Shown: positions 9,480 through 19,515, numbered from the stretch's first letter. The stretch is 64,000 nucleotides of DNA from an uncultured virus (IMG/VR IMGVR_UViG_3300042484_003076) (IMGVR_UViG_3300042484_003076); one strand, 5' to 3'. Notes: a model not told the origin generated them from the letters alone. Numbers and translations: made by a program.

Positions 9480-9591
9480 ACGAAAGTGCAGGGATCGAAC
9501 CTGCGATAGTTAGCCACGTTGAGGGGTTTCCGCTTACGCTAACTCTTGGTACTCCTCCCCTACCAATGCAAAGCCATTTTGCTTACTCTCG
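9480..9591 (-). ncRNA. tRNA-like RNA with non-canonical anticodon loop and very long variable arm
   Basis: Acceptor CGAGAGT/ACTTTCG, D arm GCAA/TTGC, TTGGT/ACCAA stem, T arm GCAGG-TTCGATC-CCTGC; TTGCAA...TATGAT upstream. Confidence 0.65.
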
Positions 9592-9668
9592 AAGCATTAA
9601 TCATATCACTACTAAACAACTAATTGCAAAGTGTTTGAATCTAAACGTTTTGATGGAATTAAAACTTA

Positions 9669-9887
9669 ATGCCTAAATCACGCGCAGAAATTTATCGCGA
9701 TTGCTATCTAAGGCGCACAGCAGACAAACTCCGCTACTACTGTACGCAATGCGATCGCCAACTTAGGTCTGATACAACTCATCCTGATATTTGCCGTGCT
9801 TGTTGGCTTAAAACGGATGAGGGTAAGGAGTATTTGAGGCTGAAGAAAGCAGAGTCAAGAGCTAAGTTGAAAGCTGAAAAATGCTAA
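9669..9887 (+). CDS. Small Zn-finger protein, family B
   Basis: CxxC...CxxC, basic; paralog of 29848..30057 (MPKSRA.IY.DCYL.RTA...ICxACWLKTD.G.EY.RLKK.ESR). Confidence 0.7.
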   Translation: MPKSRAEIYRDCYLRRTADKLRYYCTQCDRQLRSDTTHPDICRACWLKTDEGKEYLRLKKAESRAKLKAEKC

Positions 9888-9954
9888 AATATTGGTGGCT
9901 TCGCGATGTTGACAGCATCCAAGCCCCTATCCACTAAACACCAGTGCAACAGCA

Positions 9955-10593
9955 ATGTCTAATCTTATCAAGAATTGGAATGATCGCGCTATCCGTATTC
10001 GTAGCGATCGCTATGTTTCGTTAACCGACATGGCTCAAGCCACGGGGGAATGTATTAATGATTTCCTCCAACAGCCAAGAACTTTGTCTGTGATATCCAA
10101 GTTTTACATGAATCAGGAAGGCTTAATAAGGCATCCGATAACAGAAGAAGGCGATCAGGTTTGGGTTTGTACCCCATTAGCCAAGGAGTTTAGCTACCAG
10201 TCGCAGAATCACGAATTTTCTGTTTGGATGGATGACATATTATGGGGAGATTTTTTACACCCTGAAGTCTTACCTGAAATTGTGCAATTAGTCAAACCAT
10301 CGCATAAATACGCAGATCTAAACGAAGATTCTAGAACGGTATCAACTTTTGTATATTTCATTCTGAATGAAAATACTAATACAGTAAAAATTGGTTTCTC
10401 TAGGAATCCTGACACACGGCTTAATGCTTTTCAAACAGGCACTCTTGACAGCTTGGTAATACTTAAAATCATTGCTGGTAATAAAAACGATGAAGCCGCA
10501 ATACACAGTAGATTCTCGGATTACAGGGTGTCAAAAAACAGAGAGATATTCAGGTATGAGGGTTTGCTTAAATCATTTATTGATGATCTATAA
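9955..10593 (+). CDS. KilA-N domain fused to T5orf172/GIY-YIG-like domain
   Basis: N-terminal IRIRSDRYVSLTDMAQA; C-terminal VYFI...VKIGFSRNPDTRL...E..IH..F...EIF. Confidence 0.8.
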   Translation: MSNLIKNWNDRAIRIRSDRYVSLTDMAQATGECINDFLQQPRTLSVISKFYMNQEGLIRHPITEEGDQVWVCTPLAKEFSYQSQNHEFSVWMDDILWGDFLHPEVLPEIVQLVKPSHKYADLNEDSRTVSTFVYFILNENTNTVKIGFSRNPDTRLNAFQTGTLDSLVILKIIAGNKNDEAAIHSRFSDYRVSKNREIFRYEGLLKSFIDDL

Positions 10594-10698
10594 GGAGTAA
10601 AACAATGAGTATCAAAATCAAATTCTCATTCGATGAATTGCGCCGCCGCGCCGCTAATTTGATTCTGACAAAATCGTAGCGATGAAGAGGGCTTAGTT

Positions 10699-11334
10699 AT
10701 GTTTGACAGAATTTATACAACTGATGAACTTGTCAAAATCCTTAGAGAAGAGCAAATGGCTTGCGTCAAAGGTCAGCGCACATTCCCTATGCCTGATAAT
10801 GCCGAAGAAATCGCAAAGCAAACACCACTAGGCTCTATTTTGGGAGCGCAAAGATTATTTGAGGTTGGCTGTTATCATGAGTTTCGCGATCAAGTTCAAA
10901 AGTATCAAATTGAAAATAACATCTCTGGGCTTGAAGTTGATGTTTGTATTATTGGTGACAAGCTCTATAGGTTCCCCCGTCCTATTCATCAGCTAGAGTT
11001 AACCAAAGATGATTACCAAGTCTTGAAGTTAGCCAAAGATGCTGTGGTAGAGGCTTTTCTTAGCCGTGTTGATGAGTTCACCTATTTGAGCTTTAGCCAT
11101 GAAGACAAGTCCCATGCACAATTTGACATCGAAACAACTATCGGGTATGTCAGGCACTTTGCGGATTTTTGTGATTGGGCTGAAATTGTTACAGCAGACG
11201 ATCTTGAAACCACAATAAATCTTGGCTATGGTGATTACCATGCATCTGTTTTTATTGCTTCAGTCTCAGAAGCTGCAAAATATTCTGATTCCATGTATTT
11301 CTGTGCTGCTAAAGCTTGCAATATTAAGCGGTGA
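10699..11334 (+). CDS. Hypothetical protein
   Basis: 211-aa ORF with upstream GAGG. Confidence 0.6.
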   Translation: MFDRIYTTDELVKILREEQMACVKGQRTFPMPDNAEEIAKQTPLGSILGAQRLFEVGCYHEFRDQVQKYQIENNISGLEVDVCIIGDKLYRFPRPIHQLELTKDDYQVLKLAKDAVVEAFLSRVDEFTYLSFSHEDKSHAQFDIETTIGYVRHFADFCDWAEIVTADDLETTINLGYGDYHASVFIASVSEAAKYSDSMYFCAAKACNIKR

Positions 11335-11422
11335 TCCTAACAAATTCCGTCAGGTACAGATGGCTTATGAGACTGCGATCAATTTGTTGCCTGAGTTGAG
11401 AAGGGCGAACAATCAGCATTAA
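11329..11422 (+). pseudogene. C-terminal remnant of a J-domain (DnaJ-like) gene
   Basis: GDPNKFRQVQMAYE resembles J-domain helix III; the HPD-containing N-terminus is absent. Confidence 0.45.
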
Positions 11423-11903
11423 TCCTTGCTGCAATTGGCATAATCCCTATGGTGATCACTGGATGGCTAACTATTGATCGTGCCTGTGCCTACTCCCATC
11501 ACTGTGATACTTTTTACTGGTTTTTCCTTTATACGGTTTTCGCCATCAACGTAAAATCATTTATTAATGGTAAGTAACAAATGGACAATGAACAAGAGTT
11601 TTTAGTATCTCTAAGCCATAAACTAAAAAAGTTTTCTTCTATGGGTGCGTTAAATCTTTGGATACATAAACCAATGCCAAGCGATATCAAGCAACAAGAT
11701 CCAATTTGTTATGAATGCATGTTTTATGTGGAGCAAGCTTGTCACATTCTTGATTACTGGCTCTCTTATAATTATGCGCAATGGGATTATTGGCACTGTG
11801 TAACCAAAAGTGGTGGATTAGTCCAATTTTCACTTGAGTATTTAATAAAAAAGTTGGATGAATTTATTTCTGGAGTTGAGAAGGGCGAACAATCAGCATT
11901 AAT
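11393..11903 (+). repeat. 31-bp direct repeat (11393-11423 and 11873-11903)
   Basis: GAGTTGAGAAGGGCGAACAATCAGCATTAAT occurs twice. Confidence 0.9.
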
Positions 11904-11907
11904 ATAA
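11581..11907 (+). CDS. Hypothetical protein
   Basis: 108-aa ORF between the 31-bp repeats. Confidence 0.5.
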   Translation: MDNEQEFLVSLSHKLKKFSSMGALNLWIHKPMPSDIKQQDPICYECMFYVEQACHILDYWLSYNYAQWDYWHCVTKSGGLVQFSLEYLIKKLDEFISGVEKGEQSALI

Positions 11908-11927
11908 ATCAAAGGAGAAGGAGAAAA

Positions 11928-12359
11928 ATGGATACACCTAAAGACGAACAAGATTTTAAATCTTTCTTAGACAGTCTAAGAAAAGAGGCTTTGCAAGGAG
12001 AGTTTGGCATACATGCAATTTGGCTTGAGTCAAAAAAAACTGCGAGTAAAGTCGCAAGCTTTAGAAATGAGCGAGGGAATAACCCTAAGTCTATAGAAAT
12101 CCTTCAAGCTTTAGTATTATTTGCTGCCAACCAGCCAGATCTAAAATTTCTTATCCCTTATTTGGATGAAGAAAAATCAGAAAAAGAACTTTCTCAATCT
12201 TTTAAATCAATGATCGAAGATGAAATCGAAGAACTAAGTTTGTATAGCAATTTGCATGAAGCGCATATCGCACTTTATGCGTACGAGCTAACCCGTAACA
12301 AGAAATTTCAAGAACGATTGGTCAATGACAGTAATCGCCAAAAGATACGAGCGCATTAA
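11928..12359 (+). CDS. Hypothetical protein
   Basis: Strong GGAG RBS, 143 aa. Confidence 0.6.
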   Translation: MDTPKDEQDFKSFLDSLRKEALQGEFGIHAIWLESKKTASKVASFRNERGNNPKSIEILQALVLFAANQPDLKFLIPYLDEEKSEKELSQSFKSMIEDEIEELSLYSNLHEAHIALYAYELTRNKKFQERLVNDSNRQKIRAH

Positions 12360-12438
12360 CCAAGCGCTTGATTCGTGAGTATTATCCTGAGTTAGAGGAT
12401 CGGTTGATTCGGGATTGAGTAAATATTAAGGAGTAAAC

Positions 12439-12708
12439 ATGAGTAACAATACACAAGAATTTTCTATCTTCGACTCTAAATACAGCGAGATTTTAGCCCT
12501 GCTATGGTTTCGCATCTCTCAAGATTTCCAATGCGTTTGGGAGCAATTTCTTTTTAATCAGCAATGGTATAGGAAAAGGATCGGCGGTAAATGGTGCTTG
12601 CATTGCCATGAAAAACGTGTTTTCTGGACTCCAGAAAGTAATTTTGTTGATGTCATGGCTGTCTTTGATGCGATTGTTGATGTGATTAAAACTGAGGATT
12701 GGAGTTAA
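12439..12708 (+). CDS. Hypothetical protein
   Basis: AAGGAG RBS, 89 aa. Confidence 0.6.
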   Translation: MSNNTQEFSIFDSKYSEILALLWFRISQDFQCVWEQFLFNQQWYRKRIGGKWCLHCHEKRVFWTPESNFVDVMAVFDAIVDVIKTEDWS

Positions 12709-12709
12709 T

Positions 12710-14200
12710 ATGTCTTTGTCAGCATTGCAAGAAGATTTAACTATATTTACTCCTTCCTTGATGATACGAGATAGCTTTCATCGCTCTAACGTCCAAAGGG
12801 ACAGCAGAGAATTAGCTAAGTCTGGCAAGCTTTTTTGTCCTCATTGTTATGCGTCTAATGGTGAACTGCGAACGGTATTTTTCAGATCGGGAGGCGAACT
12901 TAAACGCGATCATTTTTTTCACCCCAAGAGCGATATTAATCTGATTTGCCCTTATTCTCCCATGACTGAAAAGCATATTAATGCTCAGTCATGGGTAGCG
13001 GATCATTTATCAAGAAAGTATCCAGATGCATTAGTCAAAAAAGAAATGCAATTGCGTAAGTCTAAGGATGAACTTTGCCGTCCTGATATATGCGTTATTT
13101 TGCCTGATGGGACTAAGTTTGCCTATGAAATTCAAGTCAGTAAAATTACAGAGTATGAGGTAAAGAATAGAACGGAAAGGCTGCAAAGCAATGGCTGCAA
13201 ATATGTGACTTGGTTCTTTACTGATCAATCTGATTCTTTATTGATTCAAGAATGTTTGGCATTAAAAAAACAACATCATGCACTGATTTGTTTCAATGAG
13301 GATAGTTCTGTAGATTCTATTTCTGTCACTAATTTAAAATCTGTGAGGCAATCTTTGTTGCAAAAACTTTGGGACGATCATTGCTTGAGACAAGCTGATG
13401 GTTGGAGCCATCGGTCACGATTTTTTGATCAAGATTTGTATAGCCAATTAAGAACTGACCCTGCTTTTAAAATTAATATGCAGATTTTCTCCGATGTTTT
13501 GACAATAGAATCTTTTGAGGAAAAAGCGTCAAATATTCATTGGGATATTTACAATCCTTATAGTTCAAAACTTTTACCAAGAGAAAAGAACGAGAATCCA
13601 ACAAGACAAAAATCAGTATTCGATTTTTTTGGAGAAGATAATAGCAGGTCAAATAGTAAGCCAAAATCTTATAATTTGCCTATGCCCCATTATGTAATAT
13701 CCCATAGAGAAGGTTTAGAGAGCTATGGAGATTCTTTATTTGAGGCTATGGAAATATTTGGAGGAATGTCAGCTTTATATGCTTTAAAAGAAGAATGTAA
13801 CAATCATCAATCATTCAAAGATTTATATAATCTTAAAAAAGAAAAGTTAACATTTGGAGATGATGAATATGGTTTTACAATCTTCAAAGGGTCTTTGGCT
13901 GTTTTACTAGAAGAAGCTAATTATTTTTTAGAAAATACAGAAACCCCTTATTATGTGGTTCTTGGCAATCAAGGATCTTATGGTCGATCTCTCTCTGAAG
14001 CCATGAATGATTTAGGTGGAATGGATGTTTTGTATTGTTATAAAAACAAAGAACCTGAAAATATTCAATTTTTTAAAGATTTATACAACCCTGAAATAAA
14101 AAAATTAAGTTTAAATGATGGCTACATCGTCATTTATAAAGATGAATTAGCCGATAAACTTTTTACTCATACCTATGGCGATCAACCTACAGCCGCCTAA
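12710..14200 (+). CDS. CoiA-like PD-(D/E)xK nuclease with extended C-terminus
   Basis: CPHC, HFFH, H..AQ, RPDI...AYEIQ.S..T..E...RT motifs. Confidence 0.75.
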   Translation: MSLSALQEDLTIFTPSLMIRDSFHRSNVQRDSRELAKSGKLFCPHCYASNGELRTVFFRSGGELKRDHFFHPKSDINLICPYSPMTEKHINAQSWVADHLSRKYPDALVKKEMQLRKSKDELCRPDICVILPDGTKFAYEIQVSKITEYEVKNRTERLQSNGCKYVTWFFTDQSDSLLIQECLALKKQHHALICFNEDSSVDSISVTNLKSVRQSLLQKLWDDHCLRQADGWSHRSRFFDQDLYSQLRTDPAFKINMQIFSDVLTIESFEEKASNIHWDIYNPYSSKLLPREKNENPTRQKSVFDFFGEDNSRSNSKPKSYNLPMPHYVISHREGLESYGDSLFEAMEIFGGMSALYALKEECNNHQSFKDLYNLKKEKLTFGDDEYGFTIFKGSLAVLLEEANYFLENTETPYYVVLGNQGSYGRSLSEAMNDLGGMDVLYCYKNKEPENIQFFKDLYNPEIKKLSLNDGYIVIYKDELADKLFTHTYGDQPTAA

Positions 14201-14254
14201 GCTAAAATAACCATGCAAGGTTAAACCCTATTATTAGCGTTGAGTCAGCCCCTT

Positions 14255-14297
14255 GCAACAAAAAAGCCGATCGCTTGTTGGTCGGCTTTTTGTTGCG
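14255..14297. terminator. Intrinsic terminator
   Basis: GCAACAAAAAAGCCGA...TCGGCTTTTTGTTGC. Confidence 0.75.
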
Positions 14298-14363
14298 TAA
14301 TCTCCTATACAAAAACCTGCGAGATACTTGCAATAATTAACCAACGTATCAAGTAAGAATATT

Positions 14364-14564
14364 ATGCAAGTTTGCGATATTTGCGGCGCTGAAGAAACTA
14401 ACGGTAATATATCTCTGTCTGCCGACCGCAATCGGCATATACCTGTATCTAATAAGGATTTGCATTATACAAGGTGTTGCCAGATCGCTATCAGTCGAGG
14501 TCGTAAAGGCTGTTTGAATAGATTAGGAAAAGTTATAGATCTTTCTACTCTGTTTAGCGATTAG
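14364..14564 (+). CDS. Small Cys-rich protein
   Basis: CxxC...CC...C, 66 aa. Confidence 0.5.
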   Translation: MQVCDICGAEETNGNISLSADRNRHIPVSNKDLHYTRCCQIAISRGRKGCLNRLGKVIDLSTLFSD

Positions 14565-14565
14565 T

Positions 14566-17500
14566 TTACATACTCAGCGCCGCCGATCGTGCCATCTCCC
14601 TTTGAATTTGCAAAGCGATCTCAGTAGCATTACCGCTACCAGTCGTCACATTTACGTTATAGGTTTTGTTACCGCCCGAATTGTTCAATACGTTCTTAGT
14701 CTGATTTGCAGGTAGGACATTAGAGCCTCTAGGCAATGTCACAAGCTCAGCACCTCGTTCTCCTACCAATGCAATACCGCCGCGGAAGTTTGTAACACCA
14801 CTAGCAAAAGCAGGAACTTTTCCTACCCCTACAGCGCCGCTAAGTGGTGAAGCCCCTTTGGCGACTGATAGAGCGCTGATAATTTGCTGTGCAGACTTAC
14901 CTAAAATTTGCTGTATCTCAATCGCAGACGCTTTATCTAGCGCCCTTTGTTGCTCTTTAAATACTCTCTCACGTTCGATTTTCTGATCCTCAAACGCCCG
15001 ATCAAGCGCTAGCTCTTTCTCTTTTTGAGCTAACTTAATCGTCTCTAGCTCAGCATCAGCAGCTTTCCTGAGTGCTAAGTCCTCGTTGGTTTGCTGTAGT
15101 TTTAAAGCACGTTCTTCATCGGCTTGCTGCTTTTTAATTGCTGCAAGTTCACCTCTCTCGAAAGCTAATTTACTAGCCTGTAATTCAGCTTCGATTTTTT
15201 GTTTTTCAGGTTTGAGTACAGTGTTCTCAAAAGCCAACTTAGCAGCGTTTTGCTCAGCATCAAAAGCCAACTTAGCAGCGTTTAATTCAGCTTCAAAAGC
15301 CTTATCACTAGCTCTCTTGTCCTCAGTGCGCTTTGCATCTTCAGCTTTATCGATTTCAAGCTGCTTGGCTTTGTTGGCTTTCTCTAATTCGTCTAAGGCA
15401 AGCTGTACTTTTTTCTGCTCTTCACCAGTGGCGATCGCCTGTACTTGCGCGATTTGCTTAGCCTGTGCAACCAATTGTTCTTGGCTTTGTACTCCGCCCT
15501 GTCCTTGGGTAGCTGCTTGCGATCTAATGCGATTCTCTTCTTCGATTTGCGCTGCAATCCTAGCCCGATCTTCTGGGCTAGCAGTAGCGATCGCGCCTTC
15601 ATTACTGATTAATTGCTTAGCTTTTGACAAAGCCTCAGATGCTTGTTTATCACGCTGAGCGCGTTGCGCTGCAAAAGCTTCATCGTCTTTACGTTGCTTT
15701 TCTGCTCTCTGTTCCTTAAGTGCATTTTGCTTGTCATCAAAATCCTGCTTGAGTTTGTTTAGTTTCTCCTCGTTTGCACGTTTCTTGGCATCAAGAGCAT
15801 CCTCAAGTTGTAGTTTTTTGGCATTCTGAGTGTCGTCAAATGCGCGTTGCTTATCTTGTAAAGCTAGGGTTTGCTTTTCCTTTAGTGCCTCTGTTTCTAG
15901 CGCTTGCTTGCGATCTAGCTCACCTTTTGCGAGTGCATTTTTTTCTTCGATTGCTTTGATTGCATTGGCATTTTCGCGATCTCGCTTGGCTTTGGTGTCT
16001 TCAAAGGATCGCTTGATATTTTTTTCAGCGTCTTGGTTTTGGGTTTCCTTGAGTGCGATCGCTTGTTTGCGTTGTGCATCAGTTGCCTCTGTGATTGCGG
16101 CTACTTCAGCTTTCTTTTTTTGATCAACTTTGGTTGTTAATTCCGTATATTGATCAAGTTGACGATCTAAAAATTTAAGCTGCTCTTGCTTTGCAAATTT
16201 ACTGATGTCATCGCCTTCTAAAACTTTTAAATTCTGGACAGATCGAATATTTGCTTGGATAGCTTCATTAGTATCACTTAATTGCCTTTGGCTAAATTTC
16301 TCGCCTCTAGCTAATGCATTAATTCTTTCTTGACTAGCTTTAGCCAATTTATCAGACGTGGTAATTGCATCGCTAAATCCTATTTTTTGATCTTCTAAAG
16401 CTATGTCAACAGCCCCCCGTGATATAGCTTCACCTTTAAACCCAACAGCGCGATCGTAAGAATTTAATCCATCAACAATAACAGCATTTGTTTTTTCAAA
16501 AAAAGTTAAATTGTCAAAGATTTCTTTTCGTTGCCTTTCTAAAGCTTTTTTGGTATCCAATGCTCCATTCGCACCCAATGCTGTGCCAAAAGTATCAGGC
16601 AAAGGAGTTTTCAAAGTTTCAATATATTTTTTGTACGCATCATCAACCTCTTTGGTAATACGTCCAGTCCGTCCCAAAACATTATTAAAAGTATTAAACG
16701 CTTCAATAGCCCCAAATATAACAAGCCCACCTAAAGCCGCTTTTAATAAGCCTGTTGCCACAGCCGCCTTATTAATTCCAACGGATGCTGTTTGCGATGT
16801 AGCCCCTAACGTAGCTATGCTTGCGCTAGCTGTACCTGTAGCCGCCGCCGTTGCATTTGTAGCTACAGTATTCGCAGCAAAAGTCGCGCCAAGAGTTTTA
16901 AAAGCGGCGATCGTAGGAGTAGTTACAGCTAATACCCCTGTAATTACAGCACTCACACCAACAAAACTAGCGCCTAATCCAACGATGATCGCAATTAAAC
17001 TTTGTGCGGGTTCTGGAATAGCTTGAAACGCACTTACTAGTAATCTAGCGCCGCCTATAAGTGGGTTAAATATGGCAGTCTGGTTAATCTTTTCGCCTAA
17101 TGTTGCCAGTGCGTTTTGAGCTTCATTTGCAAATCCTACAAGTGTTGATTTTGCTTTGTCAAAGTTCTTTTGAGTTATCCCTGCACTGTCGCCACTAGCT
17201 CTAATATTCTCTTCTAGCTTGGCTAAATTATTGATGGAAGGCTGAATAGCCGCCACAGCCTCAATACTGCCAAATAGCTTGCTAAATGTGTCCCCCGTTG
17301 CTTTTCCTGAGTTCTTAACATCAGCAAGAATGCCATTTAGCCCTTTAGTTTTTAATGCAGTCGCGTCAAACTGAATGCCTAATCTAGCGGCTTCTTTGGT
17401 TGCGTCGCTAGATGGCTTGATTGTCGCTGCAAGCGCCGCTCTTAATCCGCTAAAGGTAGATTCTACAGGTACACCCGCCGCCGTTGCAGTGGCAATAAAT

Positions 17501-18558
17501 CCATTAAGTTGATCGAGCGAAACACCCGCCGCCGCCGCTATGGGTGCGATCCTTGAGATTTGAGATGCGTATTGATCGACGGTGATCAAACCAGATTGTT
17601 GCACCGCCGTAAATTTATCCACCGTAGCAGCCGCTTGATCCGCGCTTAATCCATAGGCATTGAGAACTGAGATCGTCGCTTTGGATACGGTGGTTACGTT
17701 GGAAAAACCACCAACAGATCCCTTTAATGATGCATCTAAAATTTTGACAGTATCAGCAGTTTTTGAGAAGCCAGCCGATTGGACTTCATACGCTGCTCCT
17801 GCTAGTTGCGCGGTAGTGGCTTGGTTTGCGTTCGCTCTACCAACTTCCGCTAAAGCCTTGACAAGTCCGTTAGCATCGTCGCTAATAGTTGATAATTTCT
17901 TTCTGGCAGTATCAAGCTCTAAAAATGCAGCCTGTGCGTTCCCCTTGATTTCATTTAATTTACCTGCTAATACTTGCAATTGTGCGCTTGCATCTTGCAT
18001 ATTGCCAATAAAATTCCGTGTGCCAACATTGACCATTCCAAATTCTTTGTCAATTTTTTGGACATTAATTTTACTGATTGATGTAGCAAACGCCTCTGCT
18101 TTTGCCCGATCTTCAGGACTAAAAGCAGTCAATCGAATCTGGTTTAATTGTTGTTTTAAACGAATTTCTTCTTCATAGATTTTAGCCCTACGGATTGCGT
18201 CTTTTTGTTCAGCATTATTGCCATTCTGGTTCCCTTGAACTAATCGCCTTTGTGCAACTGCTTCTTGTTTTTCAAGTTGCGCCAACAATTTCGCGCTACT
18301 TTGCTCTTGTTTAGAGGCAATTTGATCGGCGCGAGTTAGGTCATTTGCGCCGCTTTGTGCCTTTTTCTTCTCTAAAGCATCAACTTCTAGCTGTAGTTTT
18401 TTGAGCGAAGCTTCAGCAATTTTTGCTGATTCCGCGCCGCCCAAATTTAAGACGGGTGCTTTGATATTACTGATAGCATTTTGCAGTTTGTCGATATCAC
18501 TGATCGCCTTGTCGATGCCATCAAAACTTACTCTAATTGCGTAATTCTCATCAGCCAT
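14566..18558 (-). CDS. Tail tape measure protein
   Basis: 1330 aa, Ala-rich, TP901-type core and C-terminal PAFASG...ALVGERGAELV; downstream of tail chaperones. Confidence 0.92.
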   Translation of the reverse strand: MADENYAIRVSFDGIDKAISDIDKLQNAISNIKAPVLNLGGAESAKIAEASLKKLQLEVDALEKKKAQSGANDLTRADQIASKQEQSSAKLLAQLEKQEAVAQRRLVQGNQNGNNAEQKDAIRRAKIYEEEIRLKQQLNQIRLTAFSPEDRAKAEAFATSISKINVQKIDKEFGMVNVGTRNFIGNMQDASAQLQVLAGKLNEIKGNAQAAFLELDTARKKLSTISDDANGLVKALAEVGRANANQATTAQLAGAAYEVQSAGFSKTADTVKILDASLKGSVGGFSNVTTVSKATISVLNAYGLSADQAAATVDKFTAVQQSGLITVDQYASQISRIAPIAAAAGVSLDQLNGFIATATAAGVPVESTFSGLRAALAATIKPSSDATKEAARLGIQFDATALKTKGLNGILADVKNSGKATGDTFSKLFGSIEAVAAIQPSINNLAKLEENIRASGDSAGITQKNFDKAKSTLVGFANEAQNALATLGEKINQTAIFNPLIGGARLLVSAFQAIPEPAQSLIAIIVGLGASFVGVSAVITGVLAVTTPTIAAFKTLGATFAANTVATNATAAATGTASASIATLGATSQTASVGINKAAVATGLLKAALGGLVIFGAIEAFNTFNNVLGRTGRITKEVDDAYKKYIETLKTPLPDTFGTALGANGALDTKKALERQRKEIFDNLTFFEKTNAVIVDGLNSYDRAVGFKGEAISRGAVDIALEDQKIGFSDAITTSDKLAKASQERINALARGEKFSQRQLSDTNEAIQANIRSVQNLKVLEGDDISKFAKQEQLKFLDRQLDQYTELTTKVDQKKKAEVAAITEATDAQRKQAIALKETQNQDAEKNIKRSFEDTKAKRDRENANAIKAIEEKNALAKGELDRKQALETEALKEKQTLALQDKQRAFDDTQNAKKLQLEDALDAKKRANEEKLNKLKQDFDDKQNALKEQRAEKQRKDDEAFAAQRAQRDKQASEALSKAKQLISNEGAIATASPEDRARIAAQIEEENRIRSQAATQGQGGVQSQEQLVAQAKQIAQVQAIATGEEQKKVQLALDELEKANKAKQLEIDKAEDAKRTEDKRASDKAFEAELNAAKLAFDAEQNAAKLAFENTVLKPEKQKIEAELQASKLAFERGELAAIKKQQADEERALKLQQTNEDLALRKAADAELETIKLAQKEKELALDRAFEDQKIERERVFKEQQRALDKASAIEIQQILGKSAQQIISALSVAKGASPLSGAVGVGKVPAFASGVTNFRGGIALVGERGAELVTLPRGSNVLPANQTKNVLNNSGGNKTYNVNVTTGSGNATEIALQIQREMARSAALSM

Positions 18559-18560
18559 AT

Positions 18561-18980
18561 CTAGTCACCCGCTAATAATTCAATCGTCTCGTAATCGCAA
18601 ATTTCTACAACCCAATTCGGGATCTTGCCTTTCTTAAACAGCAAAGCAAACTTCTTGGCAAAGGTTACAGACATCCGCTTTTTGGCTTGCATTCTACGCA
18701 ATGCTTGCAGTGAAGGGGTAAGCGATCTAAAGGCTTTCTCACGGTCTTTAAAATCACCAGTAGCTAACGTATTTCGCGCCGCAATCACCTCTAGTTCTGC
18801 CGATCGCTGTAACTCTTGCTCGTTAATATAAGCAAGATATTGCCTAATTACGCTGATTCGAGTAGACCCGAAATCTCCACTAAATTTGTCTCGGAATCTT
18901 GATCCTGTGAGTTTGAGGTAGATTTGATTCCACTCTTCCTCGATGTCTTTAACGGTACGGTTGGACTTCCGTCCTTTCCC
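18561..18980 (-). CDS. Tail assembly chaperone, -1 frameshift extension (gpT-like)
   Basis: The -1 frame is open from GGGAAAG (18980-18974) through the 18561..18788 ORF. Confidence 0.85.
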   Translation of the reverse strand, partial: GKGRKSNRTVKDIEEEWNQIYLKLTGSRFRDKFSGDFGSTRISVIRQYLAYINEQELQRSAELEVIAARNTLATGDFKDREKAFRSLTPSLQALRRMQAKKRMSVTFAKKFALLFKKGKIPNWVVEICDYETIELLAGD

Positions 18981-19309
18981 TCAGTCACGGGTTCATCAAG
19001 TTCATAGTTTTCGGTAATTCCCTCGCGTTCAGATACAAAAGTTAGCCACAAAGCCTCGATCAAAAGTATTGACTTTTTGAGTTGTGCTGTAATTTCTTCA
19101 CGGCTTACAGATAATCGTACTGCCAACCATGCCGATACCTGTACGATTTTCCACTCAGTATTGGCACTGGTCGAGCTTAAATCAATAGCGATCGCTTTAT
19201 CGACTGCAATCGCTTCATCTACGGTTAATTCCCCTAGTAAAGGAATTTCAACACCAAAAACGGTTTTAGATTTAAAGGGAGGCTTTTGCTCAATCTCAAA
19301 AATTAGCAT
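18848..19309 (-). CDS. Tail assembly chaperone (gpG-like)
   Basis: Between major tail and tape measure genes; in-frame G GGA AAG slippery site. Confidence 0.85.
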   Translation of the reverse strand: MLIFEIEQKPPFKSKTVFGVEIPLLGELTVDEAIAVDKAIAIDLSSTSANTEWKIVQVSAWLAVRLSVSREEITAQLKKSILLIEALWLTFVSEREGITENYELDEPVTEGKDGSPTVPLKTSRKSGIKSTSNSQDQDSETNLVEISGLLESA

Positions 19310-19515
19310 ATTTGCAAAGTGGTATTTTGATGTGTATTAATGTCAGTCTTTGGGATTAATACAGTGGCAACCAAAACGCGATCGCCACTGTATAAATCCA
19401 CTTTTGTTTCTTGCGTAAACTCTTCCCTTAGATAAAGCATTTCGGCAATAAGCTGCTTGCCGTCTAGCTTGCAGCTTATTGCGTATGCTTTAGGAGAGAT
19501 TAGATATTCGTGCAT
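19303..19515 (-). CDS. Hypothetical protein in tail operon
   Basis: Overlaps both neighbours. Confidence 0.55.
   Translation of the reverse strand: MHEYLISPKAYAISCKLDGKQLIAEMLYLREEFTQETKVDLYSGDRVLVATVLIPKTDINTHQNTTLQIC

Noticed and set aside
9480..9591. Canonical tRNA genes here and at 27486-27603
   Set aside because: No 7-nt anticodon loop with U33, so no amino acid can be assigned; reported as tRNA-like instead.
15086..18178. Plus-strand ORFs inside the tape measure gene, and similar antisense ORFs in capsid, scaffold and primase
   Set aside because: Antisense shadows of Ala/Lys/Glu-rich coding sequence, without RBS or motifs.
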